This document shows, piece after piece, positions 1-64,000 of a stretch of DNA of 64,000 nucleotides. The notes under the pieces were generated by a model. It saw only the letters and a program-made list of their open reading frames with translations, did no database searches and was not told the DNA's origin. The stretch comes from Octopus vulgaris (lineage: Eukaryota). The stretch is from the NCBI GenBank assembly GCA_951406725.2, contig OX597832.1:63240001-63304000 (forward strand), in the 5' to 3' direction. The position numbers were made by a program, and so were the translations under genes. Within the stretch, counting starts at the first letter, position 1; each line of letters opens with the position of its first letter.

Positions 1-710
1 ACCCCAATGCACGACTGATATTTATTTAATCGACCCCAAAAGGATGAAAGGCAAAGTCAACTTCAGTAGTATTTGAACTCAGAACATTTTGGCAGACAAA
101 ATACTGCTAAGCATTTTGCCTGGCATGCTAACAAGTCTGCCAGCATGCCACTTTAATGATGATGATAATAACGCTTTTTTTTTTTTGCATCACTAAGGGT
201 TCAGAAAAAATATTCCATGCAGTACAGGGCAACAGGGTGTGGGTTTACATAAGTAAAACCGAATAAAAAGTAAAAATGATGAGAATATAAATAATAATTA
301 TTTCTACTAAAGGCACAAGGCCTGAAATTTTGCATGAAGCGGGCTAGTTGATTATACCTATCCCAGTGTTCAACTGGTCCTTATTTTATTGATCCTGGAA
401 GGATGAAAGGCAAAGTTGACCCCAGTGAAATTTGAACTCACAGGGTAAGGACACACAAAATACCACTAAGCATTTTTTGATTAGCGTTCTAATGACTCTG
501 CCAGTTCAGCATACGGCCAGGAGTCTTAAAGGGAGAGGAAAGTTGATTACATCGACCCCAGTATATAACTGGTACTTACTTCATCAAGCTCTGGAAAGAT
601 GAAAAGCAAAGTCAACCTCAGCAGTATTTGAACTCGGGACAGACAAGACGGACCAAATGCCACTGAGAATTTTTCCTAGCATGCTAACGATTCTGCCAGC
701 TTTTGACCTT
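1..710 (-). mobile_element. Cluster of three SINE family B copies (1-152, 300-510, 530-710)
   Basis: Repeated ggatgaaaggcaaagtyrac...tttgaactc...ctgccag. Confidence 0.8.
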
Positions 711-996
711 AATGATGATAACAACAACAATGTCACATCGCAGAAACTGGATCAATGAATTCATTGCCAGTCAATAAATTCCCTGAATTCCTCATGCACC
801 ACCACCATCACTCACCTCCACCCTAAATCATAGACTGTGTGTGTGTGTGTGTAAGGTGAAAGTCACAAAGAGTTTTTCTATGCAGCATATTAAAAAGTTT
901 TGTATATGACATATAAAGACATATTATTCTATCAAATAAAACAGTAAACAGGAAGATATCTATAAATCATCAGTTAATCATAACTGCAAAACAAAA

Positions 997-1035
<39 letters not shown>

Positions 1036-1038
<3 letters not shown>

Positions 1039-1240
1039 CTTTATTGCCCACAGGTGGCTAAACACAGAGGAGACAAACAAAGGGATTAAGTCGATTACAT
1101 CGACTCAAGAGCGTAACTGGTACTTATTTAATCGACCCTGAAAGCATGAAAGGCAAAGTTGACCTAGGTGGAATTTAAACTCGGAACGAAATACTATTAA
1201 ACATTTCACCCAGCGTGCTAACAATTCTTCCAGCTCACCT
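1036..1240 (-). mobile_element. SINE family B
   Basis: Reverse complement of 34822-35054. Further - copies at ~2420-2627, 32127-32350, 41968-42185 and 60618-60740. Confidence 0.8.
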
Positions 1241-1708
1241 TATATATATATATATATGCTGGCATGGGTTGGACAGTTTGACAAGAATTGACAAGCCAGA
1301 GGGCAGCACCAGGCTCTGATTGTCTGTTTTTGAATGGTTTCTACAGCTGGATGCCCTTCCTAATGCCAACCACTTTACAGAGTGAACTGGATGCTTTTTA
1401 TGTGGCATCAGCATGGGTGCTTTTATACACACATACAGAGAGAGAGAAATAGGTAGTTAGACAGGTGCATAAAGGTAGAGATCAATAGATCGATAGCACT
1501 ACATATATGTACATACATATACACACACACACACACAGATACATACGTGTGTGTGTGTGTGTATACAGTTTAGGCGTTGCAAGACTAACAATCTGGTGTA
1601 GAACTCAATACACATGCACTTCTGAATGAAGCATTAGTAGAGTAGAGAATAACAATAGTAATAAGAAGAGATAACAAAAGAATAACTGATTATCTTATGA
1701 ACTTTATT

Positions 1709-1780
1709 AGCTTACAGATGTTTCCACTGTAAGATGTGGTGGACTCAGAGTTGGATGCCTGAGTAAGCTTCATCACAGCC
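1709..1780 (-). ncRNA. Degenerate hammerhead remnant
   Basis: - strand: ggct-gTGATGA-agcttactcag...ctgagt...-GAAACAtCTGTA-agct; one core and one stem III substitution. Confidence 0.4.
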
Positions 1781-2657
1781 TCAAACATGAAGTGCAATTT
1801 ATTTGAGAAAACAAATATATTTAAGCAAACATTGGTAATGCAGCCAGCAGTGTATATCAACATGATGAATGGATGGATGGATGGATGATATGGAAAATGT
1901 GTGATAAACTCTAGATGCAGTTTACATCATAAATCACCTGTAACAGTCATACATTGTGTATAACTGTATACACAGGAAATACTATAGACACACATCTATG
2001 GTACTCTGATTACTAAGCTGTATGACCTAGAGAATAAAGAGACAGTTTGGGGGATGGATAGGGTCATGGGTGGAAGCCAAAGACAATGACAGGATTATAA
2101 AGGTAGACAGATACAGCTTTTGTTTTGTTGCCTTAGGGTAGGGGACTGACTGAACAGAGAAGGGAAGTTTTGTACCAGTTGTTATTGTTGCTGCTGGAGC
2201 CTTGGGAACTACAAATATGAAGCTTAGATACTGGGGTGATAAGATGGGAGTAAATATATATAGAGAGAGGGCATCTTGATGAAACAGTGTTGCTTAGAAT
2301 TGCAAGAATCCTCTGCAGAGATCTTGAAACCTCGATGAAGACTGCAACCATAGTCGATTGGTTGTGGGCAGTTAACACTTTGTTACATTACCCAGCAAAA
2401 CTGTAGTTGTAGTAGTTTCAAATTGTGGCACAAGACCAGCAATTTGGTGGGAGAGATTAAGTCAATTACATTGACCCCAGTTCTGTACTGGTACTTATTT
2501 TATCGACCCCGAAAAGATGAAAGGCAAAGTTGACCTCTGCAGATTTTGAACTCAGAACATAAGGATGGATGAAATACTGCTAAGCATTTAGCCCAGCGTA
2601 CTTACAACTCTGCCAGCTTACTGCCTTAATAATAATGATAATAATAATAATAATAAC

Positions 2658-3049
2658 GAGTGCTTAATAATCGACATAGCAGTGCCAGATCAACATATCC
2701 ATCATGAAAGAAAGAGAAAAAGTTGATAAATATGGAGACCTGAGAATAGAGATCGCTAAGATGTGGCAGCTACGAGAGTCAAGCATAAAAGTTATCCCTA
2801 TTATCATCGGGAGCATTGGATTTAATACTACCCAATCTGATAAAAACATCTGGAAACCTTAGAGACACCCTAAATCTAGATGTATTGGAGAAGTCAGTAT
2901 TACTTAGAACTGCATACATATTGCATAAAATACTGTCTGCCTGAGGTCCTTGTTGTGACTTGACAGACAGTACAACCCCCCCCCCCCCCCGGTAGACACA
3001 ATATCCTCAATCAACAACCTCACAATATTGTATACTGTGCGACGTCTAT
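2658..3049 (+). mobile_element. 3' fragment of an R4/Dong-like (restriction-like endonuclease) non-LTR retrotransposon
   Basis: Frameshifted translation CLIIDIAVP..MKEREKVDKYGDLRIEIAKMW..KVIPIIIG..LEKSVLLRTAYILHKILSA*, flanked by (TAA)n on both sides. A shorter related fragment at ~2275-2330 reads TVLLRIARILCRDLE. Confidence 0.75.
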
Positions 3050-3095
3050 CATAATAATAATAATAATAATAGTAGTAATAATAATAATAATAATG

Positions 3096-3129
<34 letters not shown>

Positions 3130-3677
3130 TAACAATAGCAATGACAATAATGATTTCTTTTAATTTGATTCCTCTACTGTTTAAATAATAATGAAGCGGG
3201 GGGGGGGGGACGCTTTTTTTTTTATATTGCTTCAAGGATAACAAATGAGAGGACATTAGAGGGACCAACTATGAAATGGTGGGGAGTGGGTGAAATAAGA
3301 GAGTTTCACATCAAGGGTGTAAAAAAAAAAAAGAAAAGCTGCTACTGAAAAACAACAACAAAAACAAGTATAAAAAGAAACATTTAATAATTATGGTAAT
3401 AACACGTTTATAGAGGAATACAAAAGAGAATTTGTTTGACGGCTTAACCTAATAATATTCTAACACCACCCAAATGCTGTCTCATGAATTTCTGCTGGTG
3501 TTGCTGCTGTTGTTGTGGTGGTGGTGATTGTTACATCTACACCGTCAACCTAACAAAAACTGCAGCCAAATCTTCCTCAAATCACACCCTACAGACAACA
3601 ACAACAAAAAAAAATAATAATAATAATAAAAAAGACAAAAGGATGAATGCCTTGCCTAATGTTATGCTGGATACACA

Positions 3678-4091
3678 CTCTTTTACTTGTTTCAGTCATT
3701 TGACTGTGGCCATGCTGGAGCACCACCTTTAGTTGAGCAAATCAACCCCAGGACTTATTCTTTGTAAGCCTAGTACTTATTCAATCGGTCTCTTTTGTCG
3801 AACCACTAAGTTACAGGGACGTAAACACACCAGCATCGGATGTCAAGTGATGGTGGGAGGAACAAACTCAGACACACAAACATATACACATACATACATA
3901 TATATATATACATATATATATACACACACATATATACGATGGGCTTCTTTCAGTTTCCGTTTACCAAATCCACTCACAAGGCTTTGGTCAGCCTGAGGCT
4001 ATAGTAGAGGACACTTGCCCAAGGTGCCATGCAGTGGGACTGAACCCAAAACCATGTGGTTAGTGAGCTACTTACCACACAGCCACTCCTG
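3678..4091 (-). mobile_element. SINE family A (tRNA-derived head, CORE-like segment, internal microsatellite)
   Basis: Reverse complement of the 4526-4922 copy. Confidence 0.85.
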
Positions 4092-4525
4092 GCGTTTTTG
4101 GTAAAATATAAGTGATGGTTATGGCTGGAATGCCTTTTTATGGTGGGTCTCCTCAATCAGCATTGATCTCAGGCTTAACAACAACGAGGATATTGACCCT
4201 CTTGACTTTTATTCAACCTAAAGAGAAGTATGAGCAATTTAAAAAAGAAAAAAAACAGACGGGTGCATACATTGCACTTTGCTGCAAAAGATGAAGATGC
4301 ATGGCTTATCGATTTGTCTATTCAGCTCACGATCATAAGGTCATGAGTTCAATCCCTGGCAACACACTGTATCCTTAAGCAAGATACTTTATTTCACTTT
4401 TACTCCAACCCACTCAACTGACAAAAGGGGCCAGCCTTGTCACATTCTGTGTCATGCTGAATCTCCCTAAGAACTACATTAAGGATGAGCATGTCTGTGG
4501 AGTACTTGCATTTTAATTTCATATA

Positions 4526-4922
4526 GGTGCAGGAGTGGCTGTGTGGTAAGTATCTTGCTTACCAACCTCATGGTTCTGGGTTCAGTCCCACTGCGTGGCA
4601 ACTTGAGCAAGTGTTTTCTGCTATAGCCTCGAGTCGACCAAAGCCTTGTGAGTGGATTTGGTAGACAGAAACTGAAAGAAGCTCATCGTATATATGTATA
4701 TATATGTATGCATGTATGTGTGTCTGTGTTTATCCCCCACCCCAAACATCACTTGACAACTAATGCTGGTGTGTTTATGTCCCCCGTAACTTAGTGGTTC
4801 GGCAAAAGAGACTGCTAGAATAAGTACTAGGCTTACAAAGAATAAGTCCTGGGGTCGACTTGCTCAACTAAAGGCGGTGCTCCAGCATAGCCACAGTCAA
4901 ATGACTGAAACAAGTTAAAAAG
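4526..4922 (+). mobile_element. SINE family A
   Basis: ggtgcaggagtggctgtgtggtaag (A box)...ggttcagtccc (B box)...ttgagcaagtg...(TA/TG)n...gtcaaatgactgaaacaagt. Partial or degenerate copies at ~5465-5623, 13465-13625, 17232-17610, 36810-36995(-), 37020-37490, 38525-39252, 39755-40060, 43305-43400 and 63015-63195. Confidence 0.85.
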
Positions 4923-5088
4923 AAAAATGCTATTCGGTTGATCGGATCAACAGGAAACTTTGTCCCCATAACCAACAGCATCCCAGTTATGTATTTGTTA
5001 TGTATATTTGTTGTTTGTTATGTATATGTTGTTGTTTATATACACATTGCTTTACGTCCATTGTTGACGTTCCTTTTTGTTCTTTTAG

Positions 5089-57566
<52,478 letters not shown>

Positions 57567-59469
57567 GTATTACTTTAATTCACAGCATGCCATAGTTGCT
57601 AAAATACAGTGCTGTCTTTTGGGGTGAAAGGTATCATTTTTTTATTTAGTTAAATCAATCATATTTTAAAACATGTGGTGTCATCTATAGGACAATTAAT
57701 ACAAGGGAGATAATCATTTCTTCATAATATTTTGTGGGATCATGAGTTTGAATTTAAAATTAAGGAATAAAGAAGAAGTTGCATAGAATACACATATTTT
57801 AATTTATGTCAGCCTTGATTAAGCAGATTTATGTTAAAGACAGTCAAGCCATGACCAATCCATATTTTATTTTTCACACATAGTATATTTAGGACTAGAT
57901 TATCCAGTTTGTCCTTCCTTTCACAGATAGTAATATGATATAATGGAGACTTGGTTGCTATTTCAAGCTGCTCAGGCAACCACATGAAACTCCATCAGTA
58001 GCTCATAATTCATGCTGTTTATTACATGTATGTGTGATCAATAAAGCATTGATTGATTCCATGAATGAATCTATTTTGCAATACTGTATTTTCTGGTGTT
58101 CATGCCAAAATACACAGGTTGACTTATGCACCAAAACAACTTTGGGAAACCAAAAATTCCATATGAAATACAACAGAGTTGAGAAAGACAGTTTGAATGT
58201 TTATATGTCTATGCTATATACTACATTGACTTATGCCTGAAAATACAGTGCAATTTCCAAATGATAGAGACCCAATCATACAATGAAGAAAAGAGTCAAG
58301 CAGCAGACTCACTTCATGAAATAATAATAATAATAATAAAATTCAATAGATTCTTTAAGACTTAGAATTTACATTATCAGTTGAGAATAACATTTTGTAA
58401 CACAGCAATATTTTTTTGTCTTTTTAAATTAATAATTTTGTAAATGACATTTGCAATGAATATAAATAACCCTGTGGACCCTAGTGGCAAGTTAATAAAT
58501 GGGAGATAATCATGTCTTGCTAAATTTTGGTAGGGTTAGAAATCTGAATTTAGAATTAGGAAACAATAAAGATACATAAATCATACAGATTTGATTAATT
58601 TGTGGGTTTTTTTTTGCTTATTTATTACAAAAATCTCAATTTTTTCCATTTAATTTTATTTATTTTCTGTGTGTGTTTTTTTCTATATTTTGTTTTATTT
58701 TTTTTATTTGTGCATGATATGGGTGTAATGCAGATGTTTTGCACATCTTTCAAACAGTGCTGGTATACTGTGCATGTTGTGTGCAGCATGAATTCAAGCA
58801 AAGCAAAGCGCAAAAATTGCATGTCATTAGCGGCGATCAATAAAGAGGCTTGTATTTTCTTATCTGTAAACCATCTTTGAAAAGTAACCCCTTCACCAAT
58901 TCCCTTTCCCCTCTCTTGTTCTCTCTCATCTCTCTCTCTCTCTTTATATATATATGGTGGAGTATATTACATATTATATGTAATAGATCCATATATTACC
59001 TATAATCATTGTTTCTCTTGCTCTCTCTCTCATTCTATAATTATTAATTATAATAATGATTTCTTACTAAAAAATAAATCATAAATTTAATCATGGACAT
59101 AACACAAAAATAACATATTTCCAAGAATATTAATGTGGCTCACACACTAAACACAAGCTTCAACCAACCAGGTCTACAGTTTCCTTGTTAGCTATTTACC
59201 ACTGCTTCGTACTGTGGTGCCTACCATTTTAATAATAAAACAAACATTAGGTATAGTAATCATATCTTTGTCTTGGGAGTAACTGATCTTAGTAAGAAAG
59301 AAGTCAGGTAGTGTTAATATAATTGTCCTGAAACACCTGTAAACCTTTCAATACCAATCCATCTCAGATTACTCCTGGTTCTATAATAGCAACTTCCCTG
59401 TATTAAAGCAATCTAAAGTAAAACCCTCTGCCAAAATTTCACGTTAATTTATGTTCTAAACATCAGTTT

Positions 59470-59984
59470 TTAACCCATTAACTGCCAAATTTTTTTATTC
59501 ATAATTTTTGGCTTTGCCAAGTGTATTAGGAGTTAAAATAATATATAATATTAAAATTTTCTTCATATGTGAATTATTTTGGAAATTATGATAAATGTTT
59601 TGAAAAGTCCCAAACAGGGATTGCTGAAAAAAAGCATATTTATCCTTTTCTATTCAATTGCAATATAAAAACATTAAAGTTTTTTGGAAACTATAGTATG
59701 CGAATGTGTATGAAATATCAATGAATGATATAGATGGGAAATGCCAAAAAATGTTTTCAAAACAGTTAATATTTTTGTAGTTCAAAAATTGCAATTTATG
59801 GCATAAAATGTCCTCTAGAATTAGCCAAAGTTAATAAGGAGAAATTTTAACTCCTAAATATTATTAAACACACCTCTGCAAATGTAATGTGCATAAGCAA
59901 TTTACTTTAAATACAACAAACAACCAGCAGTGAGACTGTTTTTAGCAGATCTCTAAATGGGGTTCGTGGCAGGCAAAGGGTTAA
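59470..59984. mobile_element. piggyBac-type non-autonomous element nested in another piggyBac MITE
   Basis: TTAA-CCCATTAACTGCCA...TGGCAGGCAAAGGG-TTAA. Confidence 0.65.
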
Positions 59985-62049
59985 TAAATAATGACAGTTA
60001 TTTTACTAAATTCTTCATTATATTCAAAATTATTTGAAGCAAAAATTTGTATATTTCATCAGAAATATAGTGATACAAATCAACTCATGACCAAGTGTAA
60101 AACCACATCTTAAATTCAGTAAGTCTGTTCCAAGAGTCTAAGAAGTTCCTGGGTGGAAATTTGAGTGAGTAAAGTGTTACACAGCACTGAACCCTCTTTT
60201 CTGTGCAGTCAGCTATAAGACCAGCAGCACAACAGAGATTGAAGCAAGTAGAAACCAACTCTGCTTCAGGTTTTTCTAATTCAAATTTATCTTTTCATAT
60301 AAGGAAGAACTAGTGGTCCTTCACTCCCTGTGGTTCACATTCTAGTTAACCCAAATCTGGGACCTTAACAGGTGCTACTGCTTTGGGTCAGAGTTGATCT
60401 GGGAAAAATAGTGGCTCAGAAGTGGTTCTACACTCCTCAAAACCCTGGATCTCTTGTACCAAGGCCCCTCAAGTGGATGTGGCTTAAAGGCCATACCCAG
60501 GACAAAGAAGTATTTTAACAAAAGGGTTAACTGATAAAGCATTTAGTTGGGTGACGTGTTGAGCCCAACATCTCCAGTTCCATCTAATAGTAAAATAAAG
60601 ATTAATAATAATAATAATCCTTTCTACTGTAGACACAAGGCCTGAAATTTGGGGGAAGGGATTAAATCGATTACATTGACCCCAGTACTCAACTGGTGCT
60701 TATTTCATCAACCCCAAAAAGATGAACTTGAACTCAAAATGTAATAGCAATAGCAATAATAATAATAATAATAATAATCAAGGTATGAAGTGAGGATAAC
60801 CTTTAATGTCCAAGAGTTAGGTAATACAGGTAACCACTACTTCAAAATTCAATACAGAGTGATGTAAAGTAATGAGGTTTCAGTATTAATGAAGATGTGT
60901 GACTTATGTAAAGCAATAAATCAAAGGTGAATGTTAGAATGACAGCACGATTATGAATCCAATAATATATTAGTTTGTTGGGACAGCTCTGAAGATTTCA
61001 TTCTCATGCTGTGCTATATCCACAGGAAAAACTGGACTCAGAACTGCTTGTTAGCAAAACACTCAACTGTTATACAGTGTTTCTGCTGCTTAAAATGTTA
61101 AACTTTACTCAGTTGTAGATGCAATAGGAAAGTAAACTGGGGTGTTGAGAGTTTAATGATACACCAAGTACCAGTTGGTATTACTCTGAACCATGTGTAA
61201 CTGGAAAGGCCTGTAACAGTCAGGGGATTTTTTTCCCTTCTCCTTTGGTTAACTTATAAAAATGAAGTAGCTCTATCATGGCCTGTCATAAACACAACTT
61301 AGTTAAAAATCATATGAATTTCCAAATTTCAAGGATCCATGGATCTAATGCTTGTCTCTAATTTCTGTAGATTTAAGAAGATGAGATATAAATCTCCCTT
61401 TGGATAGGACCCTGGTTTATCCCAGGTGAGCTTTAGTATATTCTTATGAGGAGAGTATGTCTGCTCAAAATAATAGATTAGGCTGAAAACCAGCTAAGAT
61501 TTTGTGGTTCAAACCTTGTCACTGGTAGTGATTGTATCTCCGATCAAATTGCTTTGAATCAGTCCATCTAGATGTGAGTAGATACTGTGGGAACGTTTTA
61601 ATTTTCTGCTGTAAGCAGTAGTTACATGCTACATTGTAAAATTGTATCAGTGAGCTTAATTCCATTTTGGAGAAGGATATATCAGTTGCAAAAGACTGGC
61701 ATCGAAAGAAAGACAAGATCTGCTTCTTTTCTATTTTGAGCCACTAAAACCAAAAATAATAAAAATAATAATAATAATAATAATCACTAACCTCATGAAT
61801 CCTGATTGTAAAAATATAGAACCTTGCCCCAGAGAGAATAAACTGCTTGGAATAGATATGAACTCCTGCCCCAATTAATACTAGCCAATTATCTTATCTA
61901 TCAAACTATTTCAATTCCTTATAGCCAGACTAATACCTTACCAGCTAAACTACTTTCACCCCATCTGTTACTTTTCTTCCTGCATGAACCAAAATATCTC
62001 CTTCTTCTTTCATATTTCTCAGTCAAATATGACTGTTTCATCTGATTTT

Positions 62050-62820
62050 GTTTTATATTAGTTCATTAAACATTACATTATTTCATGCTATTTCAAAAGA
62101 TTTAACATGTAATATTTTATATAACTTTCACCAAATACTGTTTAATATAACATTCAACATATTATACTGTGTGATTATAATATCCAGTATTCATAACATT
62201 GTTTGATATTTTTAGTAACTGTAAGATATAATTTATTTTGTGTGTTAATGTTAATAATACAATTGTTATAATTCAAACAAACTTAATATTGTGTATCATA
62301 GCTTTGATATATAACATGATTTGTTTTATATAATTTCAATACATAACTTTGATATAATTTTAACAAACCTCTAAATAACAACAAATCTCTTAAATAACAA
62401 CCATAAAATTGTATGATACAGTTTCAACATGTAATAATGTTTTTTCATAAAATCTCACCAACTGTAATTTTGTTTGATGCTATTCCAATACAATTGTTTC
62501 CTTTGTGTAATTATCATTTTAAGAGGCATAATGATATTGTCTTATACAATTTCAACAAACATAACACTGTGTGACATAATTTCGACAGGCACAACATTTT
62601 TTGTATACTTTCAACAAATATGTAACACTGTTTGATATCTGCTGGCCAAAATTTATCCAAGTGTAACATCACATTGCTTGAAATAATTTCAACAAACATC
62701 ATATTGTTCAATATAATTTCATCAAATGCAATATTGGTTGATATAAATCTAACAAGCATAACATTGTTTGATATCTTTTTAATCATTATAACAGCATTTT
62801 ATATGATATAGTTTCACATG
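62050..62820. repeat. Degenerate ~30-bp minisatellite
   Basis: Consensus approximately ataatttcaacaaacataacattgtttgat, clearest at 62545-62775. Confidence 0.7.
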
Positions 62821-64000
62821 GTTCCGAGAAATACAAGATAATTTATTGAAATTTCATTGTAAAATAGTTGAATTTTATCAAATTCTTTGATATCTTGTTA
62901 GTCATAATATTGTTTAATGACAAAAACGATATAAAAACATTCCTACTTTTCATATTTTTGAATATTGTTAGAATTAATTTTACTGTTTTCAAACCACACT
63001 GTTATCATAATGTGATGTCTTTGTTTGTCCTCCCTCTGTTGAGTGACAACCAGTGTTGGTTTATTTACATCTACATAATTTGGTGGTTTTAGCAAAAGAG
63101 ACCGATGGAATAAGTACTGGGGCTAATTTGCTCAACTAAGCCCTTCAAGGTAGTGCCCCAGCATGACCAGGGTCCTATGACTGAAACAAGTAAAAGTGAT
63201 GTTTCAGGTTTCTTGTTTTAGTTTCTTCTTCTTCTTCTTTCTCTTCTTTTCCTTCTTCCTCTTCTTTTTCTTCTTTTTCTTCTTCCAAACTAAACACTAG
63301 AACTTTGAAATTGCATGCAAGAGTTCTCTCCTGTGTAATATTTCTAGGAGCAGAACCCTCATCTATGACAGGAGAGTCCACAATATATAGTTACATCTGA
63401 AACCAAAATCTGTAGCTTATGGAAACCCAAGGGTCACACCAAGAAACACAACTTCCACCATCTGTGTACCCCCACCCCATCATCATCCAAACTGGAATTT
63501 TCCACCATTTTACTCCCTGACTATTTCTTTGATGTCACTCAATCCACCCACCCCCACCTCTTATAATCTTCCAGTACCCCTTTCACTTGGGAGGAAGTGC
63601 GTCCATTCATGACCATCCATATTTGCTAAATGTGGGGTGTCATGGCATCATGAGCAAGCCTCATGTATGTCTACACTCATATATTTATGTATGTTACTGT
63701 TCAGTTTTATTTCAAGATTTCTTGCCAATAGAGAAAGAGCCAGTTTCTAACCATTCGAATTTCAACTGTAACAAGAGAGAATTTTTGTATGTATGTATGT
63801 ATATATGTATGTATGCAAATTTGTATGTTTTGCTTTATGTATGAATTCTCATGCATATAGCTGCCTATCTAGACGTCCTCATATATATTTAAAGGATAAC
63901 AGTTTCTTCTATCACTACAGCTAGAAAGAATTTGTTTTCCTGTTAAGCTGTTGTTTCCATTCTGTTCCTCGGTTGTGTTGATGTTGTGTCCAGCCATGTT

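Noticed and set aside
3733-3996. Recurrent ORF MSKSTPGLILCKPST (also 15322, 34451)
   Set aside because: Antisense reading of SINE-A; similarity reflects repeat copies.
4526-4600. tRNA-like A/B boxes in SINE heads as real tRNA genes
   Set aside because: No complete cloverleaf, and each continues into SINE body sequence.
57567-64000. Expected next 84-nt filamin exon (and the one preceding 5089)
   Set aside because: No matching phase-1 exon with a SPSG...P...G motif found; presumably outside the window.

Overview
AT-rich animal genomic DNA, very probably from a coleoid cephalopod (Octopus; inferred from my recognition of the SINE/LINE families, not from a search). The whole window lies inside one + strand multi-exon gene. 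Fifteen GT-AG exons (5089-57566, 2085 nt, ~695 aa, all phase 1-1) encode about 7 complete and 2 partial filamin-type Ig repeats, most like the jitterbug/FLN-2 filamin-like proteins; start and stop lie outside the window. The exons follow a strict 4-exon/2-domain periodicity. The introns contain three tRNA-derived SINE families, a frameshifted 5'-truncated RTE-clade LINE with a PHD-type zinc finger inside its RT, an R4/Dong-like fragment in a (TAA)n array, piggyBac and Tc1/mariner derivatives, and long microsatellites. The most notable signal is a set of at least five unrelated repeat families carrying minimal type I hammerhead ribozyme cores (CTGANGA...GAAAC-palindrome-GTH). Most sit in long inverted repeats, as expected for Penelope-like pseudo-LTR derivatives. 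One family also has a tRNA-like Pol III head and 12-bp TSDs, making it a candidate hammerhead-tailed SINE/retrozyme. Most short ORFs in the track are microsatellite or SINE noise. Repeat boundaries are approximate and were read by eye.
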